The notes below the pieces were generated by a model. The model had not been told where the DNA came from. It did no database searches and saw only the letters and a list, made by a program, of their open reading frames with translations. A DNA stretch of 63,428 bases, counting the filler, from Chiloscyllium plagiosum (taxonomy: Eukaryota): NCBI RefSeq assembly GCF_004010195.1. It is 4 parts of one record of this genome, joined end to end, with 100 filler letters (N's around TTAATTAATTAA, not from the genome) between each part and the next. Parts side by side here need not be neighbours in the genome. Positions count along the whole stretch, not along the records: positions 19,605 to 37,224 come from NC_057710.1; positions 37,325 to 50,596 come from NC_057710.1; 2 more parts are not named here. One strand, given 5' to 3'. A program made the position numbers and the translations under genes. Positions 35,385-49,329 of this stretch are shown here, one piece after another. How positions within the stretch are numbered: the stretch's first letter is position 1; each line of letters begins with the position of its first letter.

Positions 35385-37000
35385 GAGAACAAAGATCAAT
35401 ACAGCACAGGAACAGACAATTTGGCCCACAAGCCTGAGTCAATTCCTATTCCTTATTTATATCCGCTACTTATTGCCCATGTGCTGTTCCTATCCCTCTA
35501 TTCACTTCCCGTTCACATGTCTTATCAAGATGTGACTTAAATGTTGACAATATGCCTGCTTCTACCACCTCCACTGGCAGTGTGATCAGGGCACCTACCA
35601 CTCTTTGTGTGAAAACCTTTCCCCGCACCAATCCCCTAATCTTTCCCCCTCTCATCTTCAACCTGTGAGCTCTTGTAGTTGGCCTTTCACCATGGGAAAA
35701 GAGCCTCTGACTATCCAATCTAAGCCCCGTATAATTTTGTAGACCTTTATCATGTCAGTCCTCAGCCTCTGTCTTTCCAGTGAAAACAATCCGAGTTTGT
35801 CAAACCAGTCTTCATAATTAAAATCCTCGGGATCAGACAATATCCTGGTACACCTTCTCCATATCCACTCCAAAGTATCCACACCTTTTTGCTAGTGTGA
35901 TGACCAGAACTGCACGCAATATTCCAAATGTGGCCTAATTAAAGTTTGATATAACTGTAACATAATACGATGCCCTGGCCAAGGAAGGCAAATGTGCTGC
36001 ATGTCTTCTTGACCACCTTAACCACCTATATTGCTACTTCCAGGGATCTGTGGACCTGTCAAAGATCCCAGGGGTCTACCATCACTGTGTAATTTGCACC
36101 TGAATTTGATCTTCCAAAATGCATCATCTCACATTTATCCAGATTAAACTCCATCTGCTAGTTCTCTGCCGAAACCTGCAACCTATCTATACCCTGTCGT
36201 ATCCTTTGAGAGTCCTCCTCACTATTTGCAACTCTGCCAATTTTGGTGTCATTCACAAACTTACTAATCAGACCACCTACATTTTCTTCTGCATCATATA
36301 TACATATTATAAACATATTTCCCACACTGATTGCTGCAGAACATCATTAGTTATGACTTCTATCCTAAAAAATACCATTCCACCACTACTCTCTGTCTTC
36401 CGTGACCTAGCCAGTTTTGTACCACCTAGCCAGCACACCCTAGATCCGATGAGACTCTACCTTCTGCACCAGCCTGCTATGAGGTACCTTATCAAATGCC
36501 TTACTAAAGTCCATGTTGACAATAACCACTGCCCTTGCAGCATCAATCATTCTTGTCACCGCCTCTGAAAACCCAATCAAGTTGGTGAGACATGAACCTC
36601 CTCTCACAAATTTGTGGGCCTATCACTAATAAGTTCAGTAATTTCCAAATGTAAATAAATCCTCTCTCTCAGTATCTTCTCTAAGAGCTTCCCACCACTG
36701 AAATCAGGTTCACTGGCCTGTAATTACCTGGATTACCTCTGTTCCCCTTCTTAAACAAGCAACATTATTGGGCATTCTCTATACCTCTTGAACCTCACCT
36801 GAGGTCAAGGTGAATGCAAAGATATCTGTTAAGGCACCATCTATGTCCTCCCTTGCCTCCCATTGTATCCTTGATATATTCCATCTGGACCTGAGAACTT
36901 GTCTACCTTAATACATTTCAAGACATCCAACACTTACTCCTTCATTGTGTTGTTCTGCCCAAGAGTAGTTATACACCTTTCCCTAACCTCAACATCCATC
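35385..37000 (-). mobile_element. CR1 ORF2 3' half
   Basis: VFTQRVVGALITLPVEVVEA, KLGLFSLERQRLRTDMIKVYKIIRG and RT motifs in reverse complement. Confidence 0.85.
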
Positions 37001-37070
37001 ATGTCTCTGTGTGGGACGCTAGGGAAGTGATTGTTGGGCCCCTTACTGAGATATTTATTTCATCAATAGT

Positions 37071-38148
37071 CATAGAACATAGAACATAGAACATTGAAGA
37101 ATACAGCGCAGTACAGGCCCTTCGGCCCTCGATGTTGCGCCGACCCAAGCCCACCTAACCTACACTAGCCCACTATCCTCCATATGCCTATCCAATGCCC
37201 GCATAAATGCCCATAATGAGGGAGNNNNNNNNNNNNNNNNNNNNNNNNNNNNNNNNNNNNNNNNNNNNTTAATTAATTAANNNNNNNNNNNNNNNNNNNN
37301 NNNNNNNNNNNNNNNNNNNNNNNNCCACTTTCGTGTTTACAGGCACCCTCCTTTGAAATTGATTCCATGTTCCTAACCTCCCTACACTCCAGGTTCTGCA
37401 CCCTAAAGCTACAGTCTGGGTTCCCATGCCCCTGCAGAGTTAGTTTAAACCCCCCCCCAAGAGCACTAGCAAACCTCCCACCAAGGGTACTGGTGCCCCT
37501 CAGGTTCAGGTGTAGACCATCCTGTTTATAGAGGTCCCACCTTCCCCAGAAAGGACCCCAGTTATCCAAATACCGGAATCCCTCCCTCTTGCACCATCCC
37601 TGTAGCCACGCATTTAACTGTTCTCTCTCCCTATTCCTCGACTCTCTATCACGTGGCACGGGTAACAAACCAGAGACAACAACTCTGTTTGTTCTAACTC
37701 TGAGCTTCCAACCTAGCTCCCTGAAGGTCTGCCTTACATCCTCAGCGCTCCTCCTACCTATGTCATTGGTGCCAATGTGGTCCATGACTATTGCTGTGCT
37801 CTTCTCCACCCTTCCCTTCTGAGCAACTGGGACAGGCTCCGTGCCAGAGGCCTGAGCCCCATTACGGTATACTTGTTCTTGAGGGGAACGTCTGCAGGGG
37901 GTCCCTGCACTGGCTGCTTCCTCCCAGTCCCCCTCACTGTCACCCATCTATCTGCCAACTTTGGAGTTACTACTTCCCTAAAGCTCCGATCTATGACCCC
38001 CTCTGCCTCCCGAATGATCCTAAGTTCATCCAACTCCAGCTCCAGTTCCCTTACACGGTCTTGGAGGAGCTGGAGATGGGTGCACTTCCTGCAAGTGTAA
38101 TCAGCAGGGACGGCCATGGCATCCCTCACCTCAAACATGTTGCAAGAG
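37071..38148 (-). mobile_element. Young CR1 (3' tail and ORF1 zinc finger/leucine zipper/SGNH esterase), interior lost in the gap
   Basis: YTCRKCTHLQLLQDRVRELELELDELR, HIGTNDIG, VVVSGLLPVP, YKQDGLHLN; (CATAGAA)n tail at 37071. Confidence 0.9.
37225..37324. other. Assembly gap with artificial linker
   Basis: 44 N + TTAATTAATTAA + 44 N. Confidence 0.95.
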
Positions 38149-39567
38149 GAGGTGAGGTGCCAGAAGACTGGAGATAGCTAACATGCTGCCACTATTTAAG
38201 AAAGGTGGTAAGGACAAGCCAACTTGACGTCAGTGGAGGGCAAGTTGTTGGAGTGAATCCTGAGGGATAGGATTTACATGTATCTGGAAAGGCAAGGACT
38301 GAATAGGGATAGTCAACATGGCTTTGTACATGGGAAATCATGTCTTATGAACTTGATTGAGTTTTTTGAAGAAGTAACAAAGAGGATTGATGAGGGTAGA
38401 GCGGTGGATGTTATCTATGTGGACTTCAGTTAGGTGTGCGACAAGATTCCCCATGGGACCCTGGGTAACAAGGTTAGACCTCACGGAATACAGGGAGAAC
38501 TAGCCATTCGGATACAGAACTGGCTCAAAGGTAGAAGACAGAGGGTGGTAGTGGAGGGTTGTTTTTCAGACTGGAGGCCTGTGACCAGTGGAGTGCCGCA
38601 AGGATTGGTGCTGGGTCCTCGACTTTTTGTCATTTGCATAAATGATTTGGATGCGAGCATAAGAGATACAGTTAGTAAGTTTGCAGATGACACCAAAATT
38701 GGAGGTGTAGTGGACAGCGAAGAAGGTTACCTCGGATTAGAACAGGATCTCAATCAGAGAGACCAATGGGCTGAGGAGTGGCAGGTGGAGTTTAATTCAG
38801 ATAAATGCAAAGTGGTGCATTTTGGGAAGTAAATCTTTGCAGGACTTATACACGTAATGGTAAGGTCCAAGGGAGTGTTGCTGAACAAAGAGACCTTGGA
38901 ATGCAGGTTCGTAGCTCCTTCAAAGTGGAGTCGCAGGTAGCTAGAATAGTGAAAGAGTTTGGGATGCCTTACTTTATTGGTCAGAGTATTGAGTATAGAC
39001 TTTGGGAGCTCATGTTGTGGCTGTACAGGACATTGGTTAGGCCATTTTTGGAATATTGCATGCAAGTCTGGTCTCCTTCCTATCGGAAGAATGTTGTGAA
39101 ACTTGAAAGGGTTGAGAAAAGATTTAAAAGGATGTTGCCAGGATTAGAGGAGAGGCTATAGGCTGGGGCTGTTTTCCCTGGAGCATCAGAAGCTGAGGGG
39201 TGATCTTATAGAAGTTTATAAAATCATGAAGGCGATATAGGTAAGGTCTTTTCCCTGGGGTGGGAGAGTCCAGAAGTAGAGAGCATAGGTTTAGGGTAAG
39301 AGAGGAAAGATATAAAAGAAACCTAAGAGACCTAAGGGGCAACTTTTTCACGCAGAGGGTGGTGCGTGTTTGGAATATGCTGCCAGAAGAAGTGGAGGAG
39401 GCTGGTACAATTGCAACATTTAAAAGGCATCTGTATGGGTATAAGGATAGGAAGGATATGGGCCAGGTGCTGGCAGGTGGGACTAGATTAGGTTAGGATA
39501 TCTGGTCAGCATAGACGAGTTGGACCGAAGGGTCTGTTTTCATTCTGTACATCCCTATGACTCTCTG
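38149..39567 (+). mobile_element. CR1 RT to 3' end (5' part continues at about 37008-37070)
   Basis: GEVPEDWR, VTSGVPQGLVLGP, SKFADDTKIGG, RPFLEYC, FFTQRVVRVWN. Confidence 0.92.
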
Positions 39568-39997
39568 AGTTTTTGACTCTGGATAATAGGTATCCCAGTT
39601 TTGGCTTCTGATTATTGATATTGTCAGACACAAAGGAGCTCAAATGAAAATGTATCCAACCATAACCTTAGAATTTACTCCTGTGTTCTTTTTTACCCCT
39701 TAAACACTGAAGGAGCATATTTGGCACTCAAAAAAATGCTAAATTAAATCTTTCTTAAAAATATCACATTAATACACAAGTCAGGATTTTTAATCACTAA
39801 ACTTATTGGGTAGTATTCAGTAACTTAAGCCTTACTAATTATACAAATATGTCAATGTGGATGCATGCAATAAGACTTATCCTGAAACCCAACCCCACTT
39901 GCCTTCAATGTACGTTTACTCTCCAAAGGATGTTGGTAATTCATTTATTTTGGCTGAATACTGCATGTGTTAAAGTAAAGAACCATAACTCTTAACC

Positions 39998-40145
39998 AGG
40001 AGGAAGTGAGGACTACAGATGCTGGAGATCAGAGTCGAGAGTGTGGTGCTGGAAAAGTACAGCAGGTCAGGTAACATCCAAGGAGCAGGAAAATCCCCTC
40101 TGATGTTGCCTGATCTGCTATGGTTTTGTAGCACCACACTCTTGA
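39998..40145. mobile_element. Inverted Penelope mini-element, imperfect 14-bp TSD
   Basis: CATAACTCTTAACC (39984-39997) and CATAAATCTTAATC (40146-40159); hammerhead segment absent. Confidence 0.7.
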
Positions 40146-40618
40146 CATAAATCTTAATCTTTTACTGCTTTCCCCTGCTTTGACGCTATTTGCTGCTGTT
40201 TTCTTAAGTCTGCAGCCTTCCTGATGAAATCTGGGTATGATTATCAAAGTAAATACTGCATTGCTGCCATATCTCTTTGTTTGTAAACCTACGTACTCCT
40301 CCCCCGAACCATCCCCCCTCACCCTATTCCCTAATTAGTTTCAAGTTTTTCAACAACTCCACTTATTCTATTTGCCAGGTTCAAATGGCACCCATCCCGT
40401 TGGAATAGGTGTCTGATGTTAGTGCCCCATTAACCAAAACCCATTCCACTTTGACCAAGCTTTGAGCCATATTGCCCGTGGCTCAGGGAGTCATCTTCAG
40501 ATTATTACCTTGGCTGGGCTCTGCTTGTTAGTTTCACTCCAACACCTTTTTAGCAGAACCTCCATCCCAATCTTATCAAAGTCACTAGTGCCAATGTGGA
40601 TGAGGACAACTCATTAGT

Positions 40619-40936
40619 GGGCGGCACGGTGGCACAGTGGTTAGCACTGCTGCCTCGCAGCGCCATAGACCCGGGTTCAATTCCCGACTCAGGCGACTGA
40701 CTGTGTGGAGTTTGCACGTTCTCCCCGTGTCTGCGTGGGTTTCCTCCGGGTGCTCCGGTTTCCTCCCACAGTCCAAAGATGTGCAAGTCAGGTGAATTGG
40801 CCATGCTAAATTGCCCGTAGTGTTAGGTAAAGGGGTAAATGTAGGGGTATGGGTGGGTTACGCTTCGGCGGGTCGGTGTGGACTTGTTGGGCCGAAGGGC
40901 CTGTTTCCACACTGTAAGTAATCTAATCTAATCTAA
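40619..40936 (+). mobile_element. HE1 SINE, young, full length
   Basis: GGGCGGCACGGTGGCACAGTGGTTAGC head, (TCTAA)n tail; near-identical to 34115-34419. Confidence 0.92.
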
Positions 40937-40984
40937 CTCAATCCCTCTGCTCCCTCTCCAAGTTCCTCTCCAGCTCCCACTCCA

Positions 40985-41610
40985 GGGAAAAAAAACCTTG
41001 TCTATATCCTCAATCCATGCGCTTCATGATTTTATAAATCTCTATAAGGTCACCCCCTCAGCCTCTGATGCTCCAGGGTAAACAGGCCCAGCCTATTCAA
41101 CCTCTCCCTACAGCTCAAATCCTCCAACCCTGGCAACATCCTTGTAAATCTTTTCTGAACCCTTTCAAGTTTCATAACATCCTAGCGATAGGAGGGAGAC
41201 CAGAGTTGCACACAATATTCAAAAAGTGGCCTGTACAGCCGCAACTCCTGTACTTAATAGTCTGACAATAAAGGAAAGCATACCAAATGCCTCCTTCACT
41301 ATCCTATCACCTGCGACTCTACTTTGAAGAAACTATGAACCTGCACTCCAAGGTCTCTTTGTTCAGCAACATTCCCAAAGACCATACCATTATGTGTGTA
41401 AGTCCTGCTCTCATTTGCTTTTCCAAACTGCAGCACCTCGCATTTATCTAAATTAAACTCCATCTGCCACTCCTCCGCCCATTGGCCCATCTGGTCAAGC
41501 TCCCCTTGCAATCTGAGGTAACCTTCTTCGCCGTCCACTACATCTCCAATTTTGGTATCATCTGCAAACCTCTTAACTACACGTCCTATGTTCACTTTTA
41601 AATCATTTAT
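40985..41610 (-). mobile_element. CR1 RT C-terminal fragment
   Basis: RFADDTKIGDVVD...WQMEFNLDKCEVL. Confidence 0.88.
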
Positions 41611-42344
41611 TTTTGCATGAATTCTAATTATGGAACCATTCTGTATTCCGGGAACTGCTCGTAAAGTTTACTGACATGAATGACAGCTCATAATTAGGCT
41701 TGTTTGTCTTTTAAAATTCATGCAATTTAATGACTAACCAAACAAGGATGTTATATTTTAAATTTTATTGTCATAGAGTCAGTTTACAAGCTTGGAAGTT
41801 CCTCTAATAGGTCTGTCCACTTATGCAACTTCATTTTTGGTGCACAATTGGAAGTGCAGGAGACGGTAAAGAAGGTTACTTCAGAGTACAATGGGATCTT
41901 GATCAGATGGGCCAATAGGCTGAGGAGTGGCAGATGGAGTTTAATTTAGATAAATGCGAGATGATGCATTTTGGAAAAGCAAATCAGAGCAGGACTTACA
42001 CACATAATGCTCTGCTCTCGACATTTCCTTCTTTTGTACTGGTTCAGGGATTGCCTTTCACTGAGTGAACATTCAGATTCTCAGTTAAATTGAAATCCAT
42101 GCATATCAGGGAAAACTCCACAAAAGCAAAGATTCTTGCAATAAAAGAGAAAGTATCTGTGCTTCAGGATCGTGTGCAAGGTTCAGCCATCTTCAGATAC
42201 TTCATAATCTTCCCTCCATCACAAATTCTGAAGTAGAACTGTTTGAAGAATATTTAGTCTCATTCTTAATGCCTCAGAAAATGAAACAGTTTGAACCCCT
42301 TATGCAGAAAGACTTGGATCACATCTAGGCATGAATTGAAAAGT

Positions 42345-42533
42345 AGGGTCTAGATTAGAGTGGTGTCGGAAAAGCACAGCAGGTCAGGAAGCAGCCGAGC
42401 AAAAGCCCTTCACCAGGAATGCCCGAAACGTCGATTTTCCTGCTCCTCGGATGCTGCCTGATCTGCTGTGCATTTCCAGCACCACTCTAATCTAGACTCT
42501 GGTTTCCAGCATCTGCAGTCCTTGTTTTTACCT
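42345..42533. mobile_element. Inverted Penelope mini-element with 14-bp TSD
   Basis: ATGAATTGAAAAGT at 42331-42344 and 42534-42547. Confidence 0.85.
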
Positions 42534-42664
42534 ATGAATTGAAAAGTCATATTTGTGCAACACAAGTTGCCATCAATTATCATCTCCAGGAGAGGAATTA
42601 ACTATCTCCATTCAATTTCATTCACTCCTGGAATTTTGGAATTGCTGGCTGGGCCAACTTTTGG

Positions 42665-43532
42665 AACATAGGACATTGAATGTTACAGTGCAGTACAGGC
42701 CTTCCGGCCCTCAATGTTGCGCCGACCTGTGCAACCAATCTGAAGCCCACCTATCCTACACTATTCCATTCTCATCCATATGTTTATCCAATGATGATTT
42801 AAATACCCTTAAAGTTGGTGAGTCTACTCTTGGTAGTCTGGATGAGCAGAGAGATCTTGGTGTCCATATATAGGGTGCAGGCAGAGTGTTGCAGGCAGGG
42901 TGTACCACGCCCCTACTGCTCTCTGAGTAAAGAAACTATCTCTAACATCTGTCCTATATCTATCACCCCTCAATTTAAAGCTATGTCCCCTCATGCTCGC
43001 CGTCACCATCTGAGGAAAAAGGCTCTCACTGTCCACCTTATCTAACCCTCTGATTATCTTATATGTCTCTATTAAGTCACCTCTCAACCTTCTCTCTAGT
43101 GAAGATAGCCTTAAGTCCCTCAGAATTTCCTCGTAAGACCTTCCCTCGATAACAGGCATTTTCCTGGTAAAACGCTTTCCAAAGCTTCCACATCCTTCCC
43201 ATAATGCAGTGACCAGAACTGTCTGCAATACTCCAAGTGCAGCTGCACCAGAGTTTTGTACAGCTGCAACATGACCTTGGGCTCCAAAACCCAAACCCTC
43301 TACTAATAAAAGCTAACACACCGGATGGCTTCTTCACAAACCTGTCAATCTGGGCGGCAACTTTCAGGGACCTTTGTACCTGGACACCGAGATCTCTCTG
43401 CTCATCTACATGACCAAGAATCTTACCATTAGCCCAGTACTCCACATTCCTGTTATTTCTTCCAAAGTAAATCACCTCACATTTTTCCACATTAAACTCT
43501 ATTTGTCACCTCTCAGCCCAGCTTCACAGCTT
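42665..43532 (-). mobile_element. CR1 3' portion
   Basis: EKCEVIYFGRNN, LRGDLIETYKIIRGLDKVD. Confidence 0.88.
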
Positions 43533-43534
43533 AT

Positions 43535-46500
43535 TAGAACATGAAGATAAAACATAGAACATTACAGCGCATTACAGACCCTTCCACCCTCGATGTTGCA
43601 CCAAACTGTGAAATCAATCTGAAGCCCATCCAACCTAAACTATTCCATTTTTCATCCATATGTTTATCCAAAGACCATTTAAATGCCCTAAAGGTTGGCA
43701 AGTCTACTACTGCTGCAGGCAGTGCATTCCACGTATCTACTACTCTCTGAGTAAAGAACCTATCTCTGACATCTGTTCTATATCTATCATCCCTCAATTT
43801 AAAGCTATGTCCCCTCGTGCTAGCTATCACCATCCGTGGAAAAAGGCTCTCCCTGTCCACCCTATCTAACCCTCTGATTATCTTATACGTCTCAATTAAA
43901 TCACCTCTCAACCTTCTTGTCTCTAACGAAAACAACCTCATGTCCCTCAGCCTTTCTCATAAAATCATCCCTCCATACCAGGCAACATCCTAGTAAATCT
44001 CCTTTGAACCCTTCCCAAAGCTTCCACATCCTTCCTATAATGTGGTGACCAGAACTGTACACAATACTCCAAGTGCGGCTGCAGCAGAGTTTTGTACAGC
44101 TGCACATGACCTCATGGCTCCAAAACTCAATCCCTCTACCAAGAAAAATCAATACACCTTATGTCTTTTTATCACCCTGGGTGGCAACTGTCAGAGATCT
44201 ATACACACAGACACCAAGATCTCTCTGCTCATCTACACTACCAAGAATCTTACCATTTGCCCAGTACTCTGTATTCCTGTTATTCCTTCCAAAGTCAATC
44301 ACCTCACACTTTTCCACATTAAACTGCATTTGCCAACTCTCAGGCCAGCTCTGCATCTTATCTACGTCCCTCTGTAATCTGCAACATTCTTCGGCACTAT
44401 CCACAACTCAACCGACTTTAGTGTCATGTGCAAATTTACTTACCCATCCTTCCACACCCTCATCCAGATCACTTATAAAAATGACAAACAGCAGTGGCCC
44501 CAAAACAGATCCTTGTGGTACACCACGAGTAACTGAACTCCAGGATGAACATCTCCCATTAGTCACCACCCTCTGTTTTCTTTTGAATACACAATTTCTG
44601 ATCCAAACCACTAAATCACCCTAAATCCCATGCCTCCTTATTTTGTGCAATAGCCTACCATGGGCAAACATGATCAAACACCTTACTGAAATCCATAAAC
44701 TGCTTTAACCTCATCCACCTGTATGGCCATCTTCTCAAAGAACTCAATAAAGAACACCTTCCCTTCACAAAACAGTGTTGACTATCCCGAATCAACCTAT
44801 CCCTTTTAGATGTTTATAAATCGTATCTCTTATAACCTTTTCCAACACTTGACCCACAACTAAAGTAATGCTCACTGGTCTATAATTACCAGGGTTGTCT
44901 CTACTCCCCTTCTTGAACAAGGGGACAACATTTGCTATCCTCCAGTCTTCTGCCACTTCTCCTGTAGACAATGATGACATAAAGATCAAAGCCAAAGGCT
45001 CGGCAATCTCCTCCCTGGCTTCCCAAAGAATCCAAGGATAAATCCCATCCAGCCCAGGGGACTTATCTATTTTCACACTTTCCAGAGTTGCTAACACCTC
45101 CTCCTTGTGAACCTCAAACCTGTCTTGTTTAGTAGCCTGTATCTCAGTATTCTCCTCGACAACATTGTCTTTTTCCAGTGTGAAAACCGATGAAAAATAT
45201 TCATTTAGCGCTTCTCCCATCTCCTTGGACTCCACACACCACTTCCCATTACTGCCCTTGATTGACCTTAATCTTACTTTAGTCATTCTTTTATTCCTGA
45301 TATTTCTATAGAAAGCTTTAGGGTTTTCCTTGATCCTATCTGCCAATGACTTCTGGCTCTTCTTAGTTCTCCCTTTAGATCGTCCCTGGCTAGTTTGCAT
45401 CTCTCAAGTGTCCTAACTGAGCCTTCACGTCTCATCTTAACATAAGCCTTCTTCTTCCTATTGACAAGTGTTTCAATTTCTTCAGTAAACCACGGCTCCC
45501 TTGCTCGACCACTTTCTCCCTGCCTGACAAGTACATACTTTTCAAGGGCACGCAGTAGCTGTTCCATGAATAAACCCAACATTTCAATTGTGCCCATCCC
45601 CTGCAGTTTCCTTCCCCATCCTATGCATCCTAAATCTTGCTTAATCGTGTCATAATTGCCTTTTCCCCTAGCTATAACTCTTGACCTGTGGTATATACCT
45701 GTCCCTTTCCATCGCTGAAGTAAACATAACCGAATTGTGGTCACTATCACCAAAGTGCTCACCTACCTCCAAATCTAACACCTGGCTGGATTCATTACCC
45801 AGTACCAAATCTAATGTGGCCTCTATCCTTGTTGACTTGTCTACATATTGTCAGGAAACCCTCCTGCTCACATTGGACAAAACTGACCCATCTAAAGTAC
45901 TCAACCTATAGTATTTCCAGTCAATATTTGGAAAATTGAAGTCCCATAACAATTCCCTGTTACTCTCGCTCCTATCCAGAATCAACTTTGCTTTCCTTTC
46001 CTCTACATCTCTACAACTATTTGGAGGCCTATAGTATTTCCAGTCAATATTTGGAAAATTGAAGTCCCCATAACAATTCCCTGTTACTCTCGCTCCTATC
46101 CAGAATCAACTTTGCTTTCCTTTCCTCTACATCTCTACAACTATTTGGAGGCCTATAGAAAACTGCCAGCAGGGTGATCTTTCCTGTTTCCAACTTTGTA
46201 CTACCTCCTTTCTACTACCGTAACACTGTCCATGACTCACAATGCCACACCTCCCCCTCTTTTACCATCTTCTCTGTTCTTACTGAAGTATCTAAATCCC
46301 GGAACCTGCAAAAATCATTCCTGACTCTGCTCAATCCATGTCTCCGAAATGGCCACAACATCAAAGTCCAAGGTACCAACCCATGCTGCAAGTTCACCCA
46401 CCTTATTCCGGAAGCTCCTGCATTGAAGTAGATAAACTTCAAACCACCTTCCTGCCTACCAGTGCACTCTTGCAACCTTGAAACCTTATTTCTAACCTCA

Positions 46501-46545
46501 CTACTCTCAACTTCCTGGACACTGTAACTACCTATTCCTCGCCTT
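43535..46545 (-). mobile_element. Near-complete CR1 ORF2 (APE endonuclease + RT) remnant
   Basis: LKFIYFNA (EN start), [63 protein letters not shown], 3' tail at 43535. Confidence 0.92.
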
Positions 46546-46596
46546 GCTAGCACGTGGCATGGGCAACAAACCAGTTTGTTCGAGCTCCAACAGAGC

Positions 46597-49278
46597 CTAT
46601 CCATAGTTGCCCTTGAGAAGGTGGTGGTGAGCTGCTACAGTCCATAAGCTGTGGGTTGACCCACAACGCCAATAGAGAGGGAATTCCAAGATTTTGGCTC
46701 AAGACAGTGAGGGAACGGCAATATGCTTCCATGTCAGGAGGGAAAGTGGTTTGGAGGGGAACATGCAGCAGGCGGTGTTCCCATGTATTCTGCTGCCCTT
46801 GTCCTTCTAGATGGAAGTGGTCGTGGATTTGGAAGGTACAGTCTGAGGATATTTGGTGAATTTCTGTAGTGTATCTTGTAGGTATTACACATTGCTGCTA
46901 CTGAGCTTCAACTGTAAAGAGTGTGGATGTTTGTAGATGTGGTGTCAATCAATTGGGCTATTTTGTCCTGCGTGATATCAAGCTTCTTAAAATGTTATTG
47001 GAACTGCACCCATCCAGGCAAGATGAGAGTATCCCACCACACTCCCAACCTGTGCCTTGTAGATGGTGGACAGGCTTGGAGGTGAGCTGAGTTACTCACC
47101 ACTGTATTCCTGTTCTCGCATAGCTATTGTATTTATGTAATGAGTCCAGTCGACTTTCTGGTCAGTGTAACCCTCAGGATGTTGATAGTGGGGAGTCAGT
47201 GATGGAAAACAATTAAATTTCAAGGGTTAGATTATTCCTTAACGCAGATGGTCATTGACTGTCATTTTCTGCAGCAAGTTATTTGCTATTTTTAGCACCT
47301 TCCGTCACTTTACAGTAAACTGATAGGGCAGTAATTGGATGGAGGTTTCAGGCAAAAGCCTTTCATTAGGAACGGCTTTTGCCCGAAACATCAATTTTCC
47401 TGCTCCTCGGATGCTGCCTGAACTGCTGTGCTTTTCCAGCACCACTCTAATCCAGAATCTGGTTTCCAGCATCTGCAGTCATTGTTTTTACCTCAGTAAT
47501 TGGATGGGCTGGGGGATTTGTCCTGCTTTTTGTGTACAGCAATTTCCCACACTGTCAGGCAGATGCCAGTGTTGTAACTGCACTGGGACAGCTTGGATAT
47601 TGTCCAGGTCTTCGTGGATTGAACTTGGATTGCTTCAGTATCTGAGGAGTCGTGAATGGTGCTGAATGATGTGCAACCATCAGCAAGTGTCCCCACTTCT
47701 GATGTCATGATGAAGGGAAGGGCATTGATGAAGCAGCTAAAGATGGTTGGGGCTAAAACACTACCCTGAGGAACTCCTGCAGAGATGCCCTGGAGCTGAG
47801 ATGACTGATCTCCAACAACCAAGACCATCTTCCTATGTGTCAGGTATGACTCCAACCACTGGAGAGTTTGCCCCCAATACCCATTGATTCCTGTTTTGCT
47901 AGGGCTCCTTGATGCCACACTTGGTCAAATACAACCTTGATGTCAAGGGCTGTCACTCTCACCTCCCCTCTGGAATTCAACTCTTTTGTCCATGTTTGAA
48001 TCAAGGCTGTAATGAGGTCAGGAGCTGAGTGGCCCTGATGGAACCCAAACTGAGCATCACTGAGCAGGTTATTGCTGAGTGGGTGCTGCTTGATAGCACT
48101 GTTGATGACACCTTCCATCACTTTACCGATGCTTGAGAGTAAACTGATATGGCGATAATTGGATGGGTTAGCTTTGTCCTTTTTTTTGCGTACAGGACGT
48201 ACCTATGCAATTTTTCACATTGTCGGGTAGATGCTGGTGTTGCAACTGTACTGGCTGAGCTTGGCTAGGGGAGCGACAAGTTCTGGAGCACAAGACTTCA
48301 GGATTATCGCCAGAATGTTGTCAGGGCCCGGAGCCTTAACAGTATCTTGCGTCTCCAACCGTTTCTTGATACCATGTAGAGTGAAGTAAATGCCTAAGAC
48401 TGGTACTTGTAATGCTGGGGACCACTGGAGGAGCCAGAGATGAACAATCCACTCAGCGCACAGATCATTGCAAATGCTTCAGCTTTATCTTTTGCACTGA
48501 TGTGCTGGGCTCTTCCATCTTTCAGGATGGGGATATTTGTGGAGCTTCCTTCTCCAGTGTGTTGTTTCACTGTCCACCACAATTCACGACTGAATGTGGC
48601 AGGACTGCAAAGCTTATATCAGATCTATTGGTTGTGGGACCATTTAGATCTATCTATCACTTGCTACTGGTACTGCTCCTGGCATGTCCCCTTTGAATCT
48701 GAGTTGATCCCCTGGCTTGATGGTAATGTTTGAATGGGGGAATATGCTGGGCCATGAGGTTACAGATTATGCTGGAGTACAATTCTGCTGCTGTTGATGG
48801 CCCACAGTGCCTCATGGATGCCCGGACTTGAGTTGCTAGATTGTTTTGAAGTCTGTCCCACTTAGCATAGTGATAGTGCCATACAACAGGATGGAGGTTA
48901 TTCTCAAAGTAAAGGTGGGACTTCATCTCCACAAGAACTGTGCAGTGGGCACTCTTACTTATACTAACATGGACAGTTGCATCTTCAGCTGGCAGATTGG
49001 AAAGGATGAGGTCAAGGAGGTTTTTCCCTCTTGTTGTCTCTCTCACCACTTGCCACAGACCCAGTCGAGCATGTACGTCCCTTAGCACCAGATTAGCTCG
49101 ATACATAGTGAAACTGCTAAGCCAGTCTTGGTTGTGGACGTTGATATTCCCCACCCAAAGTACATCTGGCTCCCTTGCCACTTTCAGTGCTTCCTCTAGG
49201 TGTTCAACGTGGAGCAGTACTGATTCATCAGCTGAGGGTGAATGGTCAGTGGTAAACAGCAGGAGGTTTCCTTGCCCA
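46597..49278 (-). mobile_element. CR1/L2-type LINE (second family), EN + RT remnant
   Basis: WVGNINVH...TTRGKNLLDLILSN (EN), [41 protein letters not shown]. Confidence 0.85.
47343..47493. mobile_element. Penelope mini-element with 14-bp TSD
   Basis: CAGTAATTGGATGG at 47329-47342 and 47494-47507; short inverted hammerhead segment followed by plus pLTR. Confidence 0.82.
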
Positions 49279-49329
49279 CAGAGTCAGAGAATAATATAGC
49301 ATGGAAACAGACCCTTCGGTCCAACCAGT

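Noticed and set aside
38140..38160. Twin-priming 5' inversion of a single CR1
   Set aside because: The host CR1 sequence is continuous across 37070/38149, so it is better explained as a nested insertion of a different CR1.
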